Notes: generated from the sequence alone by a model not told the origin. DNA of 64,000 nucleotides from Kudoa neothunni (GCA_964304625.1 OZ199840.1:2024532-2088531); one strand, 5' to 3'; counted from the first letter of the stretch, positions 1 through 14,471 are shown. A program made the numbers and translations.

Positions 1-617
1 CGATAATTAGGTCAAAATGGGGCTCCTTATCAGTTAAAGATATACATAAATCATAATATTTGAATGAACTATATATATATATTAATATTTTAGTAAAAAA
101 TCAGATGTTGATTATTGTGCATGCGCATGTGCGAAATCGATATTTGTAATTTTTTTGTTTAATTATGAATTTAAAAATTAAATGAGGAAAATTAACATAT
201 GGCTCCACATTTAATGCTAAATTTTAATTTATATAAGATTTGAGTATAAATTGATTCTATGTTGAAGTATAAAAATTTAAAATAATATAACAACAAAAAT
301 AAATAACTTAACTTTGACGTTAATGAAAGTTTACGTCTTACTTTCCTTATAGTCTAATTAAAAAATAAATAATATTTTTAATAATTCTACCCATTTAAAA
401 ACACTTACCTAGTCATCAATCTTCCCATTAAAAATCAAATATTACATAATTTATTTATTTATGAATAGAAAATAGTAGATTGAAATAAAGTTAAATCTCA
501 ATAAAATTCATCAAATGTTTATTTGTTTATTAGATTTATATCAGCTACGGTTGCGCAAGAATCACACATGATATATTTTCGAGAGAGATTCTGATTACTT
601 AGAATCGGTACACTATG
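1..617 (+). repeat. Dispersed repeat, copy 1 (runs off the window start); inverted relative to the copy at 12211-12903
   Basis: 1-90 and 540-617 align to the reverse complement of 12820-12903 and 12211-12290 (e.g. gatatattttcgagagagattctgattactt vs aagtaatcagaatctctctcgaaaatatatc). Similarity stops at CACTATG (611-617). Confidence 0.8.
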
Positions 618-1109
618 AGCGAAGCAAGCTTGGTTGAAAAATTTTTTGTTGAATCAGGGCGTGAGTTTCTGATCCCAAGTAACTATCTCCTGGAACCCTA
701 AGCGAGAAGCCCTGCTCTAAATCGAGCTGATACAACAAGAATTCATATTTCTAATTCAACAATACAGCAGGTACTTGACACTTGACCGAGGATTTCAATT
801 AATCAAAATGGGGAATAAAATTGAATAATATAATGTAAAAAATTTAACTAAACAAAAGATAGATAACTTTTATGAACTTGCGTGAAATTTGGACTTTAAA
901 CTTCGATTTTTAAAGGAGGAAAATCAGCATTTAATGCATTGGTGGACTGGTGGAACCCAGAGGAGTCCATAAAGGGTTAATTACTATTAAGCTTATAAGC
1001 ATATCTAAAAAATTATAAAAATCATTTTTTTTTATTTTAGTTTTAATATCTTTTAAGTTAACCTAAAATTTTAATTAACTCTGTATGGAATGAAGAAAAA
1101 TGTGCATTA

Positions 1110-3782
1110 CAGCCAACAACGGTTATTGCGTAAGTGGATATTGCACATTTTCCGTTATGTGCCACTATTTTATCGTTTAATAAGATGCTGCTCTCTCTTA
1201 TAAATCTTTTAAGTTATTAAGAAAACATTTTGAATTATTTATTTAAATAGATTTTCTCTATAGATACTAGAAAATGGATATCATGCACTAATTTTAGTCA
1301 CCATTAAATTGATCAATATCTCCAAATCAAAGTGTATTGTCATTATTTGGTTATTTTTATTTTAAAGAAGTAGAGCGGAATTAAACGTTGATTTCAAAAT
1401 TTTTATATTAATAAACATTATTCATGGTTAATTTATTAAACAATAAAAATGGAATTAATAGTCAACGCAGAAAAAACTTTATATTATAATTTCTAATTTT
1501 ATCCAAGTGAATAAATTTTTCACTACATTGGTTCCATTACAGGAATGCGCGTTGTTCTTTAAAGCTGAGTAGATTCGTTGATTTTAATCTATCTGTGGTC
1601 ATTGTGCATCAAGAAAATAAATATAATGATACAAAGTTTTGTACACTTTCATTGTTAGATTGTTTTAGGTTTAAATCAACTCTAATATTTGTCATAAAAT
1701 AGATGGTAATTAAAACACAGAATAAATTTCTTCATTAAAGCGGATTTTAATCGCTGAATAAATCTGGAAATTTTTTAAAAACAATGTATAAAGCATTTTT
1801 ATTACATTTAATGTAAATAATGTAACTACGACAAATGGTCAATGATAATGTGGATGACATTTAAATATTGTTTATAAAAAACTGTGTACTTAATTGCTAA
1901 ATACAAATTGATTTCTTTTATACATATATCCCTGAGAGCCTAATATCAATGATCGAATTGATGATAAATCAAATATAGATGATCCGATAGAATTCTGGAG
2001 GAATCAGACCAACGACAATCAATTATAACAAAATAATTGAAATCGATAATCATTGATTAATACTAAACTAAAATATCTATCTCTAAAATTTGCGAGAAAC
2101 GTATTAAATGTTTGGGATAGATTAACTCATTCATTAAATCTTATATGAAATTTTAAAATGATGTAACAAACAAATAATTAACAGGTATAACATGTTTAAA
2201 AATAATCATACATTACATTAATCTCGAAACATTACTATGTTTTTTCTTATACCTGCGCAATCCAACGGTTATATGGAGCAGAATTTTTATTTTATTCCAT
2301 TTTAAATTCTCCAAAAAGTGCGCACTAGCGTTATATGGATGTTTTCTCTGTTCAAAAGAATCTTTACAAATAAAAAGAAGAAAATTATTATAGGAGGCGG
2401 AAGATTTTGTTATAATTGCTCAAAGTCATATAATTATGCTCTTCTGTAAATAAATATTTTATTTTATGCTTCTGAAATCGATAATATTTTAATTTTATAT
2501 AACTTTTAATATAAAATTTATCTTTGAGAATAAGATTTTCATCAATTCATAAAATTATAGGCAAATAACGAGAAAAAGTAATTTAAAGACATTGTACTCC
2601 GTATTAATTTGTCTGTTGTTATGATGAAAATAAGTAATGTCGAAAAAATTAAATATTCTTTAAATAAATTTATCACATGTGTTATATTATTTATTATAGA
2701 TGATGTATAAATACGTATTATTATTATTTTTAAACAACTGTTAAACAATTCCGATGGTAAATATCTTCTATTGCTAAATAAATACCTTTTAAATTTAGCA
2801 AGAGAAAACCGCTAAAAAATGTATAAACTAAAACGTCATTATTAATTATTGAAAATGATGTTTAATTGTAAAAATTTTAAAATTTTAGTATTGTAATTAA
2901 AATTGTTTTTAAATTCCCCAAAAATGCCTACGATTATAAATGATAAGTATTAAAAAGCGAATAAAATATTGGAACAAATTTCATGTTTCATATTTAATCA
3001 TCATGCTTTTTAAGCCAAAATTACAAATTAAAATTTTTAAAACCATTTTTATAAAAGTATTTTATTATTTTCTTCAACTGTGTTAGTATCTAATTGCATC
3101 ATTGTTAAAAAAATAAAAATTAATACAAAGATAAACGATTATATCGGATGAAATAAAAAATTTTAAAATTAAATGTAAAATAACAACTTCATTCTAAATA
3201 CTCGCGCATCCGTATATGTCGTGGTTCGTACGTGTGTATCTTTTGCTTTTTCTTACCCAACCAAACCTAGGCAAATCCAAATCTGTTTATATTTTAATTC
3301 ATAAAACTAGATTTAAAAAAATAATTTGTCGCAATTAATTTGGAAAGAACACCATCCTAGATACACAAGATACACAAGATTATCAAGCTTATCTTTAATT
3401 CTCTACTTTTAAAGTTTTAATAAATCCAACAAGATGGTTATATCATTATTAATCAGTTAGATCATGCAAAACACGTGAAATTATAGAATCTTATTTTTTA
3501 TTCTTATAACAACAATCCATCTATTTGAAATGAAAATGCTCAATATGATGCAAATCACAATTAAAATGATCACCTCACGTAGGTATTCAACGTGCAGAAT
3601 GCTATTACAGAAATACGCTGAACATTTTAATTCAAGACCCAAATGGATTGAATAATTTCTACTCAATGATAAATAGAATATCTAATGTTGTAAAGTATAT
3701 TGAGAAATGTACCGTTATGACAATTTTTCTGAAAATAATTGAGTTTTATATTTCACGCACGCGCAACAACCGTTGTTGACTG
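1110..3782. mobile_element. Non-autonomous Tc1/mariner-pogo-type element (decayed)
   Basis: Imperfect TIRs TA|CAGCCAACAACGGTTATTGCG and CGCAACAACCGTTGTTGACTG|TA with flanking TA dinucleotides. No intact transposase inside. Confidence 0.6.
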
Positions 3783-5214
3783 TAAATATGAGAAAGTTAT
3801 TGGTCTAAATTAAACGCTCTTTATCACACTGAGAAAATTATTTCCTAATTAAAGTTATTTTAAAAAATCAATAAAAACACACGAACAATAGGTGTTTTTA
3901 TTGAAATATTAGATCACCACTAATCTTCATATTTTAATACATTATATATCTGTTTGTTTAAAATTGGGGATAATATCTTTATGGCTCGAAAGTCATAAAA
4001 AATACTGAACTAACATTTAATTTTTTTACTCCATTATATAATCATGAAATTAATATCAATGTACATATTTCATATAACACTATATTAATTCCCACTCCTT
4101 AAGCGATAATTCTATAATTATCTGTTCTTTTTCAAAGTTCGGATTCTTATCTAACTCACTATAGTGTCAATCCGCACTTATTAACTACAGTACACAGCAC
4201 AGAAGGTAATCGATAATTCGCACCAGTCACGCATGCGCATGTTCTTTTATTTTGTATTTTTGTTATTTTTCAGCATGTATATTACTCCGTTTATTTAAAT
4301 AGAATAACAAAAAAATATTATTAAGATTATCAAGATTATTTGACTGAAAAATAATCTAAAATTTTTGTTTTAGTCATATTTATTGATAAATTATTTATGC
4401 TCTTTAACATTAGGATAAAAGTTGGTGAATGGTCAGTTCTTAAAAATTGAAAATACCATTTTATTTCCTATTCATATTTTAGCATAATATGAAATAAATA
4501 TTTACATTTAAATCGTAAAATCTGTATTTATGTGCATCTATAGGATTCTTTAATTGGCAACCAACACTGTGTTGGATTATAATTTTTCCCTCGTATCCGA
4601 TATCCACTAATAACCATTTAATCTATGTGGTTTGGCTGAAAAAGGGCGTATTATCGGTTAGTCACGCGATACAACAGATTGATAATTTCCTAGTTTAATT
4701 CAAAAATATTTTTTAAGACTTATCTTGTTACAATCACAAAAATATTATAAAATGTTTCACCCAACATAAACTTTGAATACGTCGTATCGACAGAAGTGAG
4801 TAATATCGGCCGCCTACTGCTGTATTTACACACACACACACAGAATTTAAAAGCTTTCCCTCACAATTATAACGATGATTGTGTCAACTGTTTGTTATAT
4901 GCAAAAAATCTCGTAACAATTTCCTAAATACAATCTACATTTACATTCTTAGATCCAAATATTTAAATTAATCATCTATTATTAAATATAATAAAAATTT
5001 AATCAAACAAAAAAATCAGCCTAATCTAGAAACGGTTCGTAATGATGATTTTTATTGATATAACTATGTTTAGTTGATGTCTGGACAAAATCATCAAGTG
5101 GAAAATAGAACAGTATATGAAAAGCTATATGAAAATATGCTACAGTTTTTGAAAGACCGTTTCCAACAAGTGTAATTAATCTCCGTCGGAAGAGGAGACA
5201 CAATCTCTAACAAA

Positions 5215-5643
5215 CTAATATTTGTATTTGGTTGAGTAATCTTTGGGTGAGATAACGAGACCGCGTCCTTTTCTTGCGCCTCTATAAACAGTTTCTATGA
5301 TATCTATCATTTCCTGTGGATGTTCGATAGCCCAGTTGATTTTGTTGTTATTACCAGTGCCCAAATCGATCATCATATGTTTGTTGCGGAAGAAAAACAT
5401 CACAGTGCAGGGATCGTACAATTCGTACATCTTGTTGAAATCTGTCACTTGAGAAATATCCACCACATAGATTACGGCGAAGTTTCTCACCAGTTTGGCG
5501 ATTTTGAAGAGGGTTTCATCCATCATCATACAGGTGGGATCCCAATCATGTCCAAATCTGATAACAACCACTTTGTCCTCTTCGCTCAATATGGCTTGAT
5601 CGACTTGCCAGCCGTTGGTCAAATGTGGTAGCATACACGACAT
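5215..5643 (-). CDS. TXNL4A: U5 snRNP thioredoxin-like protein Dim1, 142 aa, CDS intronless
   Basis: MSCMLPHLTNGWQVDQAILSEEDKVVVIRFGHDWDPTC...GRGLVISPKDYSTKYKY is near-identical to Dim1. ATG at 5643; the ORF-track GTG start lies just after a TTTAG acceptor. Confidence 0.98.
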   Translation of the reverse strand: MSCMLPHLTNGWQVDQAILSEEDKVVVIRFGHDWDPTCMMMDETLFKIAKLVRNFAVIYVVDISQVTDFNKMYELYDPCTVMFFFRNKHMMIDLGTGNNNKINWAIEHPQEMIDIIETVYRGARKGRGLVISPKDYSTKYKY

Positions 5644-8600
5644 ATTGCCCACCTAAATAACAACTTTTGAGCGTGCGCAATACAAAACCCTTTACTATCT
5701 ACACTGTCGTTTAAGTAGAAATGATCTAATTTTTTAACTCGAAAACCCACGATAAAAGGAAACATTTTAAATATCTAGTGTGAGCTTTACCTGACATGAA
5801 TCATTTGAGCACACATTACACTGCTGGTGTAATCAAATATTTTTTCTTTATTCAGCGTCATTGTAACACATGTGAAATCGGTGAACTATTGATATTTGGG
5901 AAGTATTACCTATATAGCTTGATTGTGATACGCAGGTTATATTATGTATTATATTATTTTGCATTGTATTGTATTGTTATATTTTCCGTGGAATTTTACG
6001 GAAAAATATTTGTTAATTAGCCATTGTATCTATGTAAAACAACTGTAACGTTGTATTAAATGAAGTTTGTACTCAGGGTAGAGTAATTGTACGTACGCCA
6101 TGAACGCCAAGAACAGCACCGGAAGTAGTGTAGGAGATAGTGATGTTAACGCTAAAAAGAATAGTTTTTTCAACGTCGATGACTGGTTTTGTCGCTTTTC
6201 AGAGTGGGAGTTGAAAATCTAACAGTTCGAATTTCTAGACAAAAATAATATTTCCATATTAAATTGCAGTCACTGAGGGTGCACTAAAACGATGTGATCC
6301 AGTATTAAAATGTCACATTAAAGTACATCTATGGTATTATTCAATGATTTAAATAATAGAGTAAATACTCTTTATTTTGTAAGCCACATTAGTTATTAGA
6401 AGAAGGATTTGTTCAGATGTATAGTTTATAAATTAAATTTTGCAATCTTAATAAGTTTCTGTAATTATGTTATATATTTAGAAACTTGTCGACGATAATT
6501 ACGATATCTTACATGTAACCAAAATTATATAAGTTCAGAGTTTAAGAATATTCTATCATAATTAATATGGTTCCTTTGAAAATTAAATGAAGATGTATAA
6601 TTACTCTCTTGAAATCAAAACAAATAATTATTTTATTTAAATAGTGGTTTAATTTATATAAATTTGTTCAAATACTTTGATGCTTGACCAAATAAACTAT
6701 TTTTCTGCTAAGTGTAGTGAAAACTAACCCATTAGTATTAATTTATAGAGATTAGTTCTCGATAAATTATCAGATTGACATAAATAATATTTTTTAATTT
6801 TCTTCGAATAGACCAAAATATAGTTGATCACTGTTATTTGTAGATAGGCTGTGACCCTTCCGGCACGGCGCGAAAAAATATTCCTCCCTTACGACGTGGT
6901 TCGCCGGGACCCCAGAAAAAACTATCTTAATGATCTTTAATTTATTAGTGCCATGATTTAAACAATTTATAAATTATTTATAAGATGTTCTGTATAGGCA
7001 ATTAAATTGATTATGGATCATTAATAAACTTCAAAACAGAGTCCCATAATGCACAAATATCGGCTATTTAAAATTAAGGAAGAATTTAATTGTAAAAAAT
7101 TAAAATTAAACATATTTTAACCGAAAACAAAGTAATCTGCAACATTAAAATCACTTAAAAGGAAGAAATCATAAGTAAAGTTGATCTGAGAAGACTGCAA
7201 CAGCATGACCTTATAAAATCAGACACACAAATTAACAATAAATTAACAATAAATGGGTTGAAATGAATAAAGGTATCTTGGCTCTAATCTGTAGTTTACC
7301 CTAATTCGTTAATTTTTAAGGCGCAGCTCAAATTAACTCTTGATATTTGATTTATACGTCCTTTTTTCCGACTTAATTTGTTATTAGAAAACTTGATCTG
7401 TTGTGTAATTTTAAATTTTCACTGAATTGCTCGGTTTAAACAAATTTTTCCTTTAAATTTAATAATATAAGAAGTAGGTTTTCATAATTACAAAAGTAAT
7501 AAAACAAAAAAATTCCATTATATTTAAATTACTTCATTGATTTTTCTTAATAATCATTAAATTTAAAAGTTTAACGGAGGAACTTCTTACATCGATCTAG
7601 TGACAAGCTTATATTAGCGAAAAGCAAATATGAAATTAGATAAGTTATTTTGGGATTAAGACTCGATAATCCGCGGTGAAATTCTATAATAAGCAAAGTT
7701 TCATCATTTACTCGATTAAATGTTACATTATAAATCTTTAAATCTACAATTATATGAGAAAAATTAATTTTTACAGTACTTGTGTGTTTTCCTTAAAAAC
7801 GAAACACATTTTTGTCTCTAAAGACACAAAAATCATTAAAATTAGCCGATAATAATTTTTTGAAATGAATTATTTTTATGCCATTTCAAGTGTTGTAAAT
7901 ATTTAGAGGAATTTCGAAATTTGCGGATGGATTAGATTTGTCTATAGAAAGTTAGATTCAAATTCGGACAGGGAGGGCTACGGGCCATTATAACACATAA
8001 TTAAGCCATCAGAATATGTAAATATGAAACTTAAATTTTTATGAAAAAATTAAGCTTTGTAAATTTTTTGATTCAAAAATATAACATTTCAATAGTTTAA
8101 CCGTAAAAATCTTGATTCTACCCGTTTCCGAATAAGGTCTTCCTATATATTCTTCAATGAAATATAATTTCTAGATATATTTATCAATAAAATGTTATTA
8201 ATAAGGTTAAATTTAATTTTACATCAACTTAATGTAAATTTATAAAACACACTATCCTAATCTGCCGGCCGGGCGAATGGACAATGCCAAAAATAAAACA
8301 TTCGCATTGTAATGGCTTACATACAGAGGATGCCCCAATGTGTGTTTTTAGAAAATTGCAAAACACATAATTGTGTTATATTTTTGTACCCGAGCATATT
8401 GTAAAATGATGATTAGTTGGTTCGTGCAAAAATCGTGAAGTTTAGATGGGCAAAACATTTTGAATTCGATGTTCTCGTTACTACCCCATTACCAACCTCG
8501 CTATATCTAGATCTAGATTCGACTGTATTTACGTATGTCTCTAAAATTATGCATATCAACCTTAAAATAAAAAAAGAGTATAGTCATATTGAAATATAAC

Positions 8601-8682
8601 ACAAAAACTAAGAATTATGTAATAGTTAGGTAAACGATACAATATATTTTAGTATGGTTCTGTGCTGCGAATACCATAGCGA

Positions 8683-10201
8683 TTACGATCGGTTAGGTGG
8701 CCATGAGTCAAGAACATTACTTAGTGTTTGGGCCTTATCACTTTTGTACAGAGCGAGAACAATTGAACCACCAGGTATTAATTGAATGTCGTTTGTATTT
8801 ATAATGGTTTTTGTTTTCAGAGAATAAAATCGAGGGAAACTAATGAGAACTTGAGCTTTTAATCCGGCGTCAAAATCAAAATTCTCTAAAGAAAAAATTT
8901 TAGTGTTGCTAGGACCGGAACTCTTCCGATTCTGAATAAGCAACAGATGGGTAAAATCAGAAGCAATCTCAGAAGGTATTTCGAAGATAAAAGAAACTAT
9001 TTCAGAAAGGTCTCTGCGAGTTTTGAGAATGAGTTTACGCTCAATTCTTTTCCAAATATCATTTTCACTCTTCAACGTAATAAAGTCTTGAATGTAAATG
9101 GAAAATGATAAATCGCCGTCATCAAGGTCTTCGAACTCATCTTCATATAGGCTAGATTCCTGTGGAGTAATGTAATCTCCATTAATGAATGCGGAAGCAT
9201 TCGATAGAAAAATGCAAACTGAGTTATATATCATTTTATTGCGTGTATGTCCGTGAGGTGCTGTTTGGATTCCATTGTTATTCAACGATAACTTTCCTAA
9301 ACATCTATCGATCAGGCCAAACAACTTAAGGTTTGATTACTTGTCATAATTATCAACGATAATGACTCGGGATATTCATAATGATGTGTATCATCACGTT
9401 GACCAATATTAACATCAAATATATCGAATGGTAGTACCAGTCCGTCAACGTCTTTAAGGAATGGTTTTATATCGTTAACACGATCATAATGATTCGGTTC
9501 AAAAATCAAATTGATAGATCTTTTCAATATGTAGTATAGGTTATCGTTAATAGTTTGGCCAAACTTTTTTATTGCAACAGCGTCGACTTCACTCTGTTGC
9601 GTACAATAGATATAGAATGACATAAATGGCATCTTTTTAATATTGTTGGCAAATTCTTCTTGGTCCAAATGGGATGGTAGAATAATAATTCCAACAGATA
9701 TGCCATAACGATTGGCCTTATTTAGGAACTTTAACAGCGGTTTTCTTATGTCAGTAATCAAGCCACTGGATGTAAGCATAGCTGGGCAGATTAGCGCAAA
9801 TGTTTGCATACCCCTATTTTTCAGGTCGGAAAAATTGTCGAAAAGGTCGTCAAATTCCTCGTCATCCATGTTTTCACATGCTCTTTCAATGGGATACTTA
9901 TTTAGGTCAGCAATGAACAAATATCCAACAATTGGTAGACTAGTAAGATCTTTAGCTATTCTCGGAGTGACCACCAAAAAGTATATTGCAACACTCATGA
10001 GAATCAGTATCAAAACTGCTACCACAATTACTGAAATAATATTACACCAATTTCGAGAGTTTCCATTATCATCATCATCAGGTGTATATTCCTCCTCATT
10101 TTGTTTAGCCAGAGTATCTAATATTCGATTATTATGAGAAGGAAACTATAGGTACTTTCTGAAATAGAAGAATCGGAGTGTGTTTTAGTTTGGCTCTCCA
10201 T
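8683..10201 (-). pseudogene. SLC3A (CD98hc/4F2hc/rBAT)-like type II membrane protein with GH13-like ectodomain, split by two -1 frame changes (~10144, ~9320)
   Basis: Acidic cytosolic N-terminus; TM ending VVTPR (cf. IVRAPR); GYLFIADL (GALYRIGDL); FSDLKNRGMQTFALICP (LDYLSSLKVKGLVLGP); VDGLVL (VDGFQV); C-terminal AQVLIS...IQLIPGGSIVL (ADLLLST...LKLEPHEGLLL). Joined length ~506 aa. Confidence 0.6.
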
Positions 10202-12210
10202 CGACAATCAAACTTTATAATATTTCGGAATCACGCCCAAATAAACACTAATCAAATTCTTGGTAACGTGTAGCTACGTTAGTACATACAAGTATTGAAA
10301 TAGATAATATACGATTCACTTATTCTAATAATTAGAACAACTGCTCAAATTACCACCTTTGCTCGATAGGGAGAACGAATCAAAGATTATCTGAACAAAA
10401 TCACAAAATTAAGAGGCTTGACTTTCTCCGCTATATTTAAATACCTCTTTATTATACTTAAGATAATTTTCAAGTGGGGTTATTTTTAAACATTTAGTCG
10501 AATATATTATATTCTGATTTTTTAAATAATTAATTGATTCTCTTATAGTTAGCTGGTTGTTCACAACAAGCATTTCTTCCTCATAAATAATTATACGAGT
10601 TCTAATGACAACATTATAAGCTATTTATTAAACTAACGAGAGGTATTAAAATAAAATAGCTTGAAGATAATAAAATTATTAAAAGAAAAATCTGAATATT
10701 GCGCTAAACTAGCTGCATTTTTTAACCTACGAATAGTACATACCCCAAAATGGAACATCTACCGACTATCACAGGAGTAACTAACTCCAAGAAAGTATTA
10801 TAATACCAAGCTCGGGCGATCACATTGTGGGATCCAAGTTTTTATCTAGGGCATATCACTGAAAATTTTATGATAATAAAAGCTCATGAAAATATATTTT
10901 GTTGTATTTAAAATGGTTGTAATAATTTTATATTTTTAATTTTATCGCAATGTCAACTTTCAGATTGGTCATAACTGTTGTTGGCTTTCTTTTCTTTACG
11001 ATGTTAATATTAAACACGTAACATTGATATCTTTTTGATATCAATCGAATCTTATCTACTTACAGTGAATCCCTCATTATTCAGATATTTGGATCAGAGA
11101 TTTTCTCTTCACAGAGCGAGATTCTGGTCAATCGAACACGCCGATTTTTAGATTTTTACGTACTTGGGTTGATCTTCATATCCTCATCAAATATTATTTA
11201 TTTATGAATTATAACAATTTTTTTAGAATTATATGCTCAACAATTTAATTTTCACATTTTAACACTCAGTATATAGGTTCATCCGAGATGTAAAAATTTA
11301 GAGGCATGAAGAGAATACAATTGATAATGAAGTTTTTCAAAACGTGATGCATTTCACGTTCATCAGGCTATATCACACGATTAACGTGAAACACGTAGAT
11401 ACCCTACTAGATAATAATGACAAAATTACACATGTATAATTCGTTCAGAAGTAATTTACAATTTTAAACATTGGAATTCAACATTATTATTTTACTTGGC
11501 TGATTGTATTAAATATTTTATTAAGAGGTCTTTTAATGAGGACACTAGCTCCTCTTCTAAATTAACCAATTCATTAAGATCAGAATTACTTGACTTCTCA
11601 ATGTACTTAATGACCACTGAAGTCTTATTGAAAACCTTATGATCCTTTATGTGTCCGATTTTTCCTTTTTTGTCCTGGAATGATTCAGAGTCGTCTTCAT
11701 TTGGAATTTCCAGATTTTCGACTTTTTTTATGAATTCTCTAGTTTCTGCTTTATTATAAAAATTCACCTATTATGTTGTATCTCCCTAACAATATCAAGG
11801 GATTTTAGATAAAAATTCTAGATTTGGAAATCTATAGGATCCGATTTATTCGAATATTTGCATTAACCCTCTAATGATACTAAAAACCTACATATTGCAG
11901 CGATTTCTATCGACTATTTTTATAACAAAACGGCAATAATTATTAGGGTTTCACCGATACTTAAAACCAGGGCTTCCCTATTGGGGGTCCGGGAGATAGT
12001 TACTGGGGATCCGAGTAACTATCTGTAAATAGTTGCAAATTCACGCTAAGAAAAGAGGCACGCGTTTTCAAAATACGATAACTAGCAGAATATAATATAT
12101 AATCCCTCAAAGTGAGCGGTAAATTAATTATGTTTATTGCTTAATCTCTAGGGATATAACACTATCGTCTAGAGGAAACGTAAAAATTTTACGGCTAAGT
12201 ATACTTTGTA

Positions 12211-12903
12211 CATAATGTATCGATTCCAAGTAATCAGAATCTCTCTCGAAAATATATCATATGCGATTCGTGCGCGATCGAAGCTGAAATAAATCTGATA
12301 AACAAATAATCATTAGAAGGATTTCAGTGAAAATTAATTTTATTTCAACCTGATATTTTATATTCATTAGTATATGAAATAAAAAAGATAATTTATTTCA
12401 TGTTTATTTATAAATAAATTATTTAGTTAGAATATTAAATATCCCAACAAAGAGAATTATGAAATATTTAATTTTTGAAGGAAAAAATTAATGATTCGTT
12501 AAATGTTTTGAAATGGGTAAAATTGTTTAAAATTTTATTATTTATTTTTCGAAGTGAACTACAAGACAAGTAATAATTAAATTTTCATTAGCATCAATAT
12601 TATGATATTTATTTCTGTCGTTAAATTATTTTAAATTTTAATAAATCAAATGAAAATCAATTTAAACTCAAATATTATGAGAATAAAAAATTTTCATTCG
12701 AGACCAGGCCACTTGTTTACTTTCCTCATCTTATTTTTAAGTTTATAATAAACAAAAAATTACAAAATTTAAAATTTGGCGCAAGCTCCATTAATCGCAT
12801 TTCATATTTTTCACAAAAGAATTAATATATCTAGTTCATCTACAAATTATAATTTATTTATATTTTTAAATGATAAAATGCCCCATTTTAACTTAATTAT
12901 CAT
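12211..12903 (-). repeat. Dispersed repeat, copy 2 (inverted, diverged copy of 1-617)
   Basis: Reverse-complement similarity to 1-617 across ~600-690 bp. Begins with CATAATG. Confidence 0.8.
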
Positions 12904-13301
12904 CGGAAAAAGATAAGAAAAAAAATTCTTAACGTTTAATTTAGGCAGAGGCTATTGGGACGGGAAAATTTATTATCCGTTGTATTTATTGTATTCACAT
13001 CTGTTTTCTTTCAAATGTAATTTTAGTAAAAATGTTTCTCTCATCTATAATTACCTCAATTTGTAATCCTTTTTTGGGGGGAAGGGGTGCGAAAACTAAA
13101 TTTATCTCCATCACGGTCACGATATTATTTAAAATAGGAAGTCACGTGACCAATTTCTAGAACGTAATAACGATATAATTTCAAATTTATCCGTCAGATA
13201 AACTTAATAATTGAAATATGTAATAAGTAACATTTATCTATCAATTGGATGGAAAAGAATCTGGGGTAACTTATTATCCCAAAATTCATTAGAGAATTAA
13301 C

Positions 13302-14471
13302 TAGGGGTTAAGACGGCTCGGTTTCGGTTCATCATTTCAGTTTCGAACATTTCAAAAACGGTTTTTGGTTTTGTAACTAGTTTTCAAAATTATCAATGTC
13401 AATTTTGTTTCATCCAAAAAATATGTAAAAATGTGATTGGTTGAAACCTTATTTTAATCGTTCTTGGTTTAAATATGCTCTAAAAAACAAGATTTTGAAT
13501 TATTTTACAATTGAATTAAATTCGATACCATATTTAATTGTTTTAATTAATTTTATTGTTTAAAATTATTTTTTACTGTATTTAAAAACGATTATAAATC
13601 TTTTACGATAAAATGATTTCAAACACATAATAATTGATTCCATGTTTCAATTTCCAATTGAATTATTTCTATTTTTATAAATAAACACAATGGTTTCAAG
13701 TTTCTAGTCGTTCAATTTTGTTCTCAACGGGGAAATAGCACGGTTGTATAAGGTAAAACATGTCTGAGTCAGCACTCGTAGTGTAGGTCTAACATTCATT
13801 AGAAGGAGTTTTACGAACCCTTTCTAAACGATCTGATGCCACACCGCGATTAATAAAATTTATAATTTCGCTAAATGCGAACAATATTTTGTTCTGTTTG
13901 GTCTGGGCACGTAATTTATCAAATTGTCTAAATTTATCTCATATTCGGAAGGTTCATAGTTATGGATTTGATCATTCAGTTCTATGAAATTAACTGCGTC
14001 TTCTAGCTCCAAATTTACAGTCTTTTCTAGAAAATATTTTTTATACAAATGTTTGAATCGAATTTTAAAAACATAAATATATCGGACCAAATGGTGCATA
14101 GTTCAAAACAGCATTTAGTAAATTTAATTTTTAAAATATCTGCATTGGTTCCGTCAATATACGAGAAATCCTCAATTGTAGTGGTGGGTATGAAGTCTTA
14201 TTTATTACATTTTGCTCTTTATTAGAAAGACTAACAAAACAGCTCCAAATACCAGATACAATTCCTGTAATACTAAATACAAAATTTGTTCCCTGTTAAA
14301 ACACGTCATTCAAAAATATTGTTGTCCTTTTACTATTTTAAAGACGCGTTTACTTATTTAAGACTTTATGAATTAATAATAAAAGCTAATATATATTAAT
14401 TAAGAAATAAATGTTCAAAATCGGATTTGGATTTTCGGTTTTGTCAAAAGCCGAACCCGTCTTAACTCCTA
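13302..14471 (-). mobile_element. hAT transposon deletion derivative
   Basis: TIRs TAGGGGTTAAGACGG / CCGTCTTAACTCCTA and perfect 8-bp TSD GAATTAAC (13294-13301, 14472-14479). Minus-strand remnants of the CxxH region (YCSHLAKL) and the hAT dimerisation domain (TTSADSDMF...ISPLRTKLND*KLETIVFIYKN). Confidence 0.9.

Noticed and set aside
1900-2190. Possible LINE reverse-transcriptase 3' remnant (FARNVLNVWDRL)
   Set aside because: Single weak motif amid stops.
5320-5631. Antisense or alternative-frame ORFs over DIM1 (also over the SLC3A-like gene, BRE1 and AP2M1)
   Set aside because: Shadow ORFs of real coding sequence with no recognisable motifs.
5644-5800. Splice acceptor just upstream of the DIM1 ATG as evidence for spliced-leader trans-splicing
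   Set aside because: A plausible cis donor (CAG|GTAAAG near 5790) exists; cannot be resolved without transcripts.
6100-6220. Possible gag-like fragment (FNVDDWFCRF)
   Set aside because: Too short; no paired LTRs or primer-binding site found.
9320-10160. 10-nt and 16-nt GT-AG micro-introns at the SLC3A-like frame breaks
   Set aside because: Removing either gives the wrong frame and a near-immediate stop.
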